This document shows positions 41,258 to 45,469 of a DNA stretch of 45,469 nt, in pieces (within the stretch, counting starts at the first letter, position 1; each line of letters starts with the position of its first letter). The translations under genes were made by a program, and so were the position numbers. Under the pieces are notes generated by a model, which made no database searches, was not told the origin of the DNA, and was given only the letters and a program-made list of their open reading frames with translations. This stretch comes from Gemmatimonadota bacterium (GTDB lineage Bacteria; Gemmatimonadota; Gemmatimonadetes; Longimicrobiales; Gaopeijiaceae), in contig JBDHMC010000001.1 in the NCBI GenBank assembly GCA_039656355.1, positions 1 to 45,469 on the forward strand, written 5' to 3'.

Positions 41258-42286
41258 GTGAAAGCCATGGTCCTGGAAACCCTGGGCCCTCTTGCCCAAA
41301 ACCCGACTCCGCTTCGCTCTGCCACCGTCCCAGATCCATCCCCCGGTCCAGGGGAGCTACTGGTTCGAGTTAGCACCTCCGGTGTCTGTCACACCGAGTT
41401 GGACGAGATCGAAGGTCGAACACCCCCCCCTACCCTTCCCATGATTCTTGGCCATCAGGTCGTCGGCCGAGTGATGGGGATGGGTCCCCGAACATCTCGT
41501 TTCCAGATTGGTGACCGTGTTGGGGTGGCGTGGATCTTCGATAGCTGCAGAAGGTGTCACCACTGTGCAGGAGGAAACGAAAACCTCTGTGCCGGGTTCC
41601 GAGCCACCGGCCGCGATGTAAACGGTGGCTATGCCGAGTTCATAACCGTCCCTGAACCCTTCGCCTTCCCTATTCCCGCAGTATTCACCGATTCTGAAGC
41701 CGCTCCACTTCTTTGCGCCGGTGCCATCGGTTACAGGTCGTTTCGCCTCACCAACCTCCGAAACGGCCAGCCTCTGGGTCTCACCGGCTTCGGCGCCTCC
41801 GGACATCTGGTTTTGAAGATGGTGCGACACAAATACCCCGACACTGACGTCTTCGTTTTCGCCCGGAGCGAGGCGGAGCGAGCCTTCGCTCTCGAACTCG
41901 GAGCTGTATGGAGCGGGGACACATCAGACCGCAGCCCGGAGGCGCTGGAAGCTATCATCGACACGACTCCGGTCTGGAAGCCCTTTGTGGAGGGACTCCG
42001 AAATCTGGCGCCTGGGGGACGAATGGTGATCAACGCGATCCGAAAGGAAGACCATGACAAGGAGGCCCTCCAAGGCCTGGATTATGCCGGGGACCTCTGG
42101 ATGGAACGAGAAATCAAAAGCGTGGCGAATGTCGCTCGAAGCGACGTGTCCGAGTTTCTGGAGTTGGCGGCCGAGATTCCTATTCGCCCTGAAGTCCAGG
42201 AGTTTCCCCTTGAAGACGCCAATATCGCCCTCCAGGAGATGAAAAATCGGAAGATCCGGGGGGCCAAGGTTTTGCGGGTGGGTTAG
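41258..42286 (+). CDS. Zinc-dependent alcohol dehydrogenase family protein
   Basis: The protein starts MKAMVLE (GTG start at 41258; the ATG at 41267 is the alternative). It has catalytic zinc ligands (GVCHTELD), a structural zinc cluster (CRRCHHCAGGNENLC) and the NAD fold GLTGFGASGH. Confidence 0.85.
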   Translation: MKAMVLETLGPLAQNPTPLRSATVPDPSPGPGELLVRVSTSGVCHTELDEIEGRTPPPTLPMILGHQVVGRVMGMGPRTSRFQIGDRVGVAWIFDSCRRCHHCAGGNENLCAGFRATGRDVNGGYAEFITVPEPFAFPIPAVFTDSEAAPLLCAGAIGYRSFRLTNLRNGQPLGLTGFGASGHLVLKMVRHKYPDTDVFVFARSEAERAFALELGAVWSGDTSDRSPEALEAIIDTTPVWKPFVEGLRNLAPGGRMVINAIRKEDHDKEALQGLDYAGDLWMEREIKSVANVARSDVSEFLELAAEIPIRPEVQEFPLEDANIALQEMKNRKIRGAKVLRVG

Positions 42287-42422
42287 CCCTCACGCCCGGC
42301 CCTCCCATCCTGGAGTGCCCCACACATCAGACCTCGCCCAAACGCCCCAAATGCAGTAGTCTCACCGACGTCCAGATTGATTCGAAGAACTGAAGATCAA
42401 CCCCGTACGGTGAGGCTTTAAC

Positions 42423-45107
42423 ATGAGACCACTCTCTGGCCCATTCGAATTCCTGCGGACGGCTGTCCGGTCAGCTCTCCTCCCAAAGGTGGGGATGATG
42501 CTGGTCGTGGCTTTGGCTGCCGTCCCTTCCCACCTGGCTTCTCAGCAGGCTGATGCCGCCGCCATGCAGGCCCTTCATCCTAGTGTCGAAGGTCTTAAAC
42601 CGGCCTGGGGCGCCAATTGGCAGCTGGCAGCCCGCTTCGCCCCGTATAAGGCACGGAGCCTCGGCTACAGCACTTCTGTCGCCCCACGGTGGATCGGCGA
42701 GACGGATCGGTTCTGGTACTCCTTCGAGAACTCCGACGGGACCTCCTACTACATCGTCGATCCTGCCCGGAGCAACAAAAGGCTGCTCTGGGACAACGAT
42801 CGCTTGGCGGCAGAGCTGACCCGGATTGTAAAGGATCCGTTCGATGGCCAGCACCTCCCCGTCCGCAGCATCTCATTCATCGACGAGAACACACTCCAGT
42901 TCGAGGTCCAGTCCACCGTTGACGAAGAGATCCCGGAGGAGGAGGCTGAGGACGAGACTGAGGTCGAGGAAGAGGAGGGCGAGCAGGAGCGTTCCCGTCC
43001 CAGCCGTCCGAAAACCCGAAAGAAGGTCTTCCACTTCGAGTACGACGTGAACACCCAGGTCCTCACCGAGGTGGTTGATTATGAGGAACCCCGAAGCCAC
43101 GTCGGATGGGCCAGCGTTTCCCCGGACAGTTCCAAAGTGGTCTTCAGCCGTGAGTGCAATCTCTTCCAGATGAGCTGGGACGACTATATGAACATCGTCC
43201 AGGCTCGGTATAAGAAGACCGGAGAGAAAGCCGACTCCGCTGAAATCGGCGTCGAGGTGGAGGAGACCCAGCTCACCACCGATGGGGAGAAATACTACTG
43301 CTATGGCTCCTCGGGGCGTGGACAGACCGACGACGAGAAGGAAAAGCAGTGGGGGAAACGTCAGGGTGCGGGTCTGATCTGGTCCCACGATTCCCGGTAC
43401 TTCGCAACTACCCGGCAGGACCAGCGGGAGGTGGAAGAGCTCTGGGTGGTTCACGCCGTTGGAAGTGAGCGCCCCAAGCTGGAAACCTACAAATACCCAA
43501 TGCCCGGAGAGGAGAACGTCGGGATCACCGAGCTCCTGGTCTACGACACCGAGGCCGGGGAGATGAAGAAGATCGACGACGATCCCTGGAAGGATCAGCG
43601 TATGGGGGTCTACTCCGATCCCACTCCCAGGGGCGACGGGTTCTCGAAGAGAAGCGGTGAAGACCAAGAACCCTCCATACGGAGATGGCTCTCCCCGAAT
43701 TCAAACGAACTCTACTTCTATCGGCGCAGCCGGGATCAGCACCGGGTGGATGTGATGGTGGCTGATCCTGCCACGGGCGAGGTTCGGGCGGTCATCGAAG
43801 AGCGCCTCAATACCTACGTGGAGAGCCAGACCCCGCGCCGGATGGAGAGCGGTGACCTCATCTGGTGGTCCGAGCGGGATGGATGGGCTCACCTCTACCT
43901 TTACGGAGCCGACGGCACCGAAAAGCGCCAACTCACCGAGGGGCCCTGGCACGTGGCTGGGATTTCGGGAGTCGATGAGGCCCGGGGAGTGGTGTTCCTC
44001 AGGGGCAACGCTCGGGAAGAGGGAGAGAATCCGTACTACGAGCACTTCTACCGCGTAGGTCTGGACGGGACCGGTTTTGCCCTCCTCAACCCCGGGGACT
44101 TCAGCCATCGCTCCTCCATCAACCGTGGTAACCGGTACTTCGTGGACACCTATTCCCGCGTGAACACCGTACCGGCCTCGGCCCTGTTCAACTCCAGCGG
44201 CCAGAAGGTTTTGGACCTGGAAACGGCGGACATCTCTTTATTGGAGGCAGCCGGATTCCAGCTCCCTGAGCCCTTTAAAGTGAAAGCCGCCGACGGCGTG
44301 ACGGACATCTACGGGGTCATGTACAAACCCTTCGACTTCGATCCTAGCAAGCAGTACCCCATCGTGGCCTACGTCTATCCAGGACCACAACAGGAGTCGG
44401 TAGCCACGTCCTTCTCGGGACCCTCCACCACGGTGGCCCTGGCCCAGATGGGCATGATCGTCATCACCATAGGGAACCGCGGAGGCAGTCCTTCCCGCTC
44501 GAAGTGGTATCACAACTACGGCTACGGGAACCTCCGGGACTATGGGTTGAAAGATAAAAAAGTTGGCATCGAACAACTTGCCGACCGGCACGACTTCATC
44601 GATATCACGCGGGTGGGAATCTACGGCCATTCCGGTGGCGGCTTCATGTCCACCGCCGCCATGCTGGTCTACCCCGACTTCTTCAAGGTGGCTGTGTCGT
44701 CGTCAGGGAACCACAACAACGACGTCTATAACCTGAACTGGTCCGAAAAGCATGACGGGGTGAAGGAGGAAACGGACGAGGAAGGGGAAGTCAGCTTCGA
44801 GTACGACATCGACAAGAACTCGGATCTTGCTGGAAACCTGAAGGGGAATCTCCTCCTCACCACGGGAGACGTGGACAACAACGTCCACCACGCGGGAACG
44901 TTCCGTATGGCCCAAGCCCTCATTCAGGCCAACAAACGTTTCGACATGTTCGTCTTTCCTGGCGCACGCCACGGCTACGGGAACATGGGCAACTACTGGT
45001 TCTGGATGCAGGCGGAGTATTTCGCCAAACACCTCCTCGGTGACGACCGGACGGCCGCCGACATCTGGGAGATCAACAACGAGACGGAGCAGTCCGGAGG
45101 GCGGTAG
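42423..45107 (+). CDS. Dipeptidyl-peptidase IV-like S9B serine peptidase, secreted
   Basis: The 894-aa protein has a signal-like N-terminus and a DPP4-type propeller. The catalytic domain has YPGPQ, the nucleophile GIYGHSGGGF, and DNNVHH. An acidic insert lies at roughly 42921-43025. Confidence 0.85.
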   Translation: MRPLSGPFEFLRTAVRSALLPKVGMMLVVALAAVPSHLASQQADAAAMQALHPSVEGLKPAWGANWQLAARFAPYKARSLGYSTSVAPRWIGETDRFWYSFENSDGTSYYIVDPARSNKRLLWDNDRLAAELTRIVKDPFDGQHLPVRSISFIDENTLQFEVQSTVDEEIPEEEAEDETEVEEEEGEQERSRPSRPKTRKKVFHFEYDVNTQVLTEVVDYEEPRSHVGWASVSPDSSKVVFSRECNLFQMSWDDYMNIVQARYKKTGEKADSAEIGVEVEETQLTTDGEKYYCYGSSGRGQTDDEKEKQWGKRQGAGLIWSHDSRYFATTRQDQREVEELWVVHAVGSERPKLETYKYPMPGEENVGITELLVYDTEAGEMKKIDDDPWKDQRMGVYSDPTPRGDGFSKRSGEDQEPSIRRWLSPNSNELYFYRRSRDQHRVDVMVADPATGEVRAVIEERLNTYVESQTPRRMESGDLIWWSERDGWAHLYLYGADGTEKRQLTEGPWHVAGISGVDEARGVVFLRGNAREEGENPYYEHFYRVGLDGTGFALLNPGDFSHRSSINRGNRYFVDTYSRVNTVPASALFNSSGQKVLDLETADISLLEAAGFQLPEPFKVKAADGVTDIYGVMYKPFDFDPSKQYPIVAYVYPGPQQESVATSFSGPSTTVALAQMGMIVITIGNRGGSPSRSKWYHNYGYGNLRDYGLKDKKVGIEQLADRHDFIDITRVGIYGHSGGGFMSTAAMLVYPDFFKVAVSSSGNHNNDVYNLNWSEKHDGVKEETDEEGEVSFEYDIDKNSDLAGNLKGNLLLTTGDVDNNVHHAGTFRMAQALIQANKRFDMFVFPGARHGYGNMGNYWFWMQAEYFAKHLLGDDRTAADIWEINNETEQSGGR

Positions 45108-45139
45108 GAGTTAAGAACCAACCGAAGTGGAAGTAGATG

Positions 45140-45164
45140 GGGGCGGGCCAACCGGCCCGTCCCC
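45140..45164 (+). terminator. GC-rich hairpin downstream of the DPP4-like gene (terminator-like, no U-tract)
   Basis: GGGGCGGGCC-AACC-GGCCCG(T)CCCC forms a 10-bp stem with one bulged T. The stem starts 33 nt after the stop at 45107. Confidence 0.35.
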
Positions 45165-45192
45165 AGTTGGCTTGGATGAGCTGGAGTCACCG

Positions 45193-45469
45193 ATGAGAAT
45201 CAGTATTTGTAGTTGCGCGGTTTTGTTAGCAGCCCTCGTCTCCATTTCCTCCTGCGCTCCCGACCCAGCCGAGACCCCAGGTGATTCTGAGTCGATGGAC
45301 CGGCCGTGGGTGATCCAACTCCCGGCCGATCCCTTCGAGAGAGGCCGGATTCACGGCGAGACCTTGCAGGAAGAGATACGGGATCAGGTCGCTCTCTGGG
45401 GGTCCGCTCTAACCCAAGGTCTCCAGGTCGACGCGGAGAGTTTTTCAGCAGATTTCCTGGCGAAAACCG
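45193..45469 (+). CDS. Putative lipoprotein, 5' fragment (runs off window)
   Basis: The fragment starts MRISICSCAVLLAALVSISSC (lipobox) followed by ...LPADPFERGRIHGETLQEEIRDQV. This faintly resembles the N-terminus of C45-type acyltransferase/hydrolase proteins. The function call is weak. Confidence 0.55.
   Translation, partial: MRISICSCAVLLAALVSISSCAPDPAETPGDSESMDRPWVIQLPADPFERGRIHGETLQEEIRDQVALWGSALTQGLQVDAESFSADFLAKT

Noticed and set aside
42873-43667. A 264-aa minus-strand ORF.
   Set aside because: It is antisense to the DPP4-like peptidase gene and has no motifs. It is a shadow ORF.

Overview
This is a 45.5 kb GC-rich (roughly 60%) bacterial chromosomal segment, densely coding. I call about 33 protein genes. 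I saw no rRNA, tRNA, CRISPR array, transposase or integrase.

Gene content:
- Lactate utilisation: a lutABC-lactate permease operon.
- Peptide scavenging: two S9 peptidases, a tricorn-like protease, gamma-glutamyltransferase, PepD and an OPT transporter.
- Envelope glycosylation: a flippase-like protein, a GT2 enzyme, an ArnT-like GT-C enzyme and a PAP2 phosphatase.
- Housekeeping: guaA, a PpsR-like regulator, and several dehydrogenases.
- An ADOP-type duplicated FtsX permease and a tricorn homolog suggest an Acidobacteriota- or Gemmatimonadota-like organism. That is inference only.

Most unusual locus: a co-directional minus-strand cluster at 32002-37459. It encodes a PqqD/RRE-like small protein translationally coupled to a GT-C-like membrane protein, then an orphan ADOP permease, a single-pass membrane protein, and a prepilin-type protein. 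The prepilin-type protein has a roughly 39-aa leader containing an in-frame 9-bp tandem repeat (VAR x4). I do not recognise this combination as a described system.

Other points:
- A roughly 45-49 nt GC-rich palindromic element occurs twice, just after stop codons. The stems are conserved but the loop is inverted between copies.
- A 14-bp x6 AT-rich tandem array is seeded from the 3' end of the ClC gene.
- Two genes look disrupted: the GT2 gene lacks its DDGS segment, and a TPP-decarboxylase alpha subunit is split.
- A Cache-like sensor has no output domain.
- A perfect 14-bp palindrome lies upstream of that sensor.

All functional calls come from reading motifs in the translations. No database search was run.
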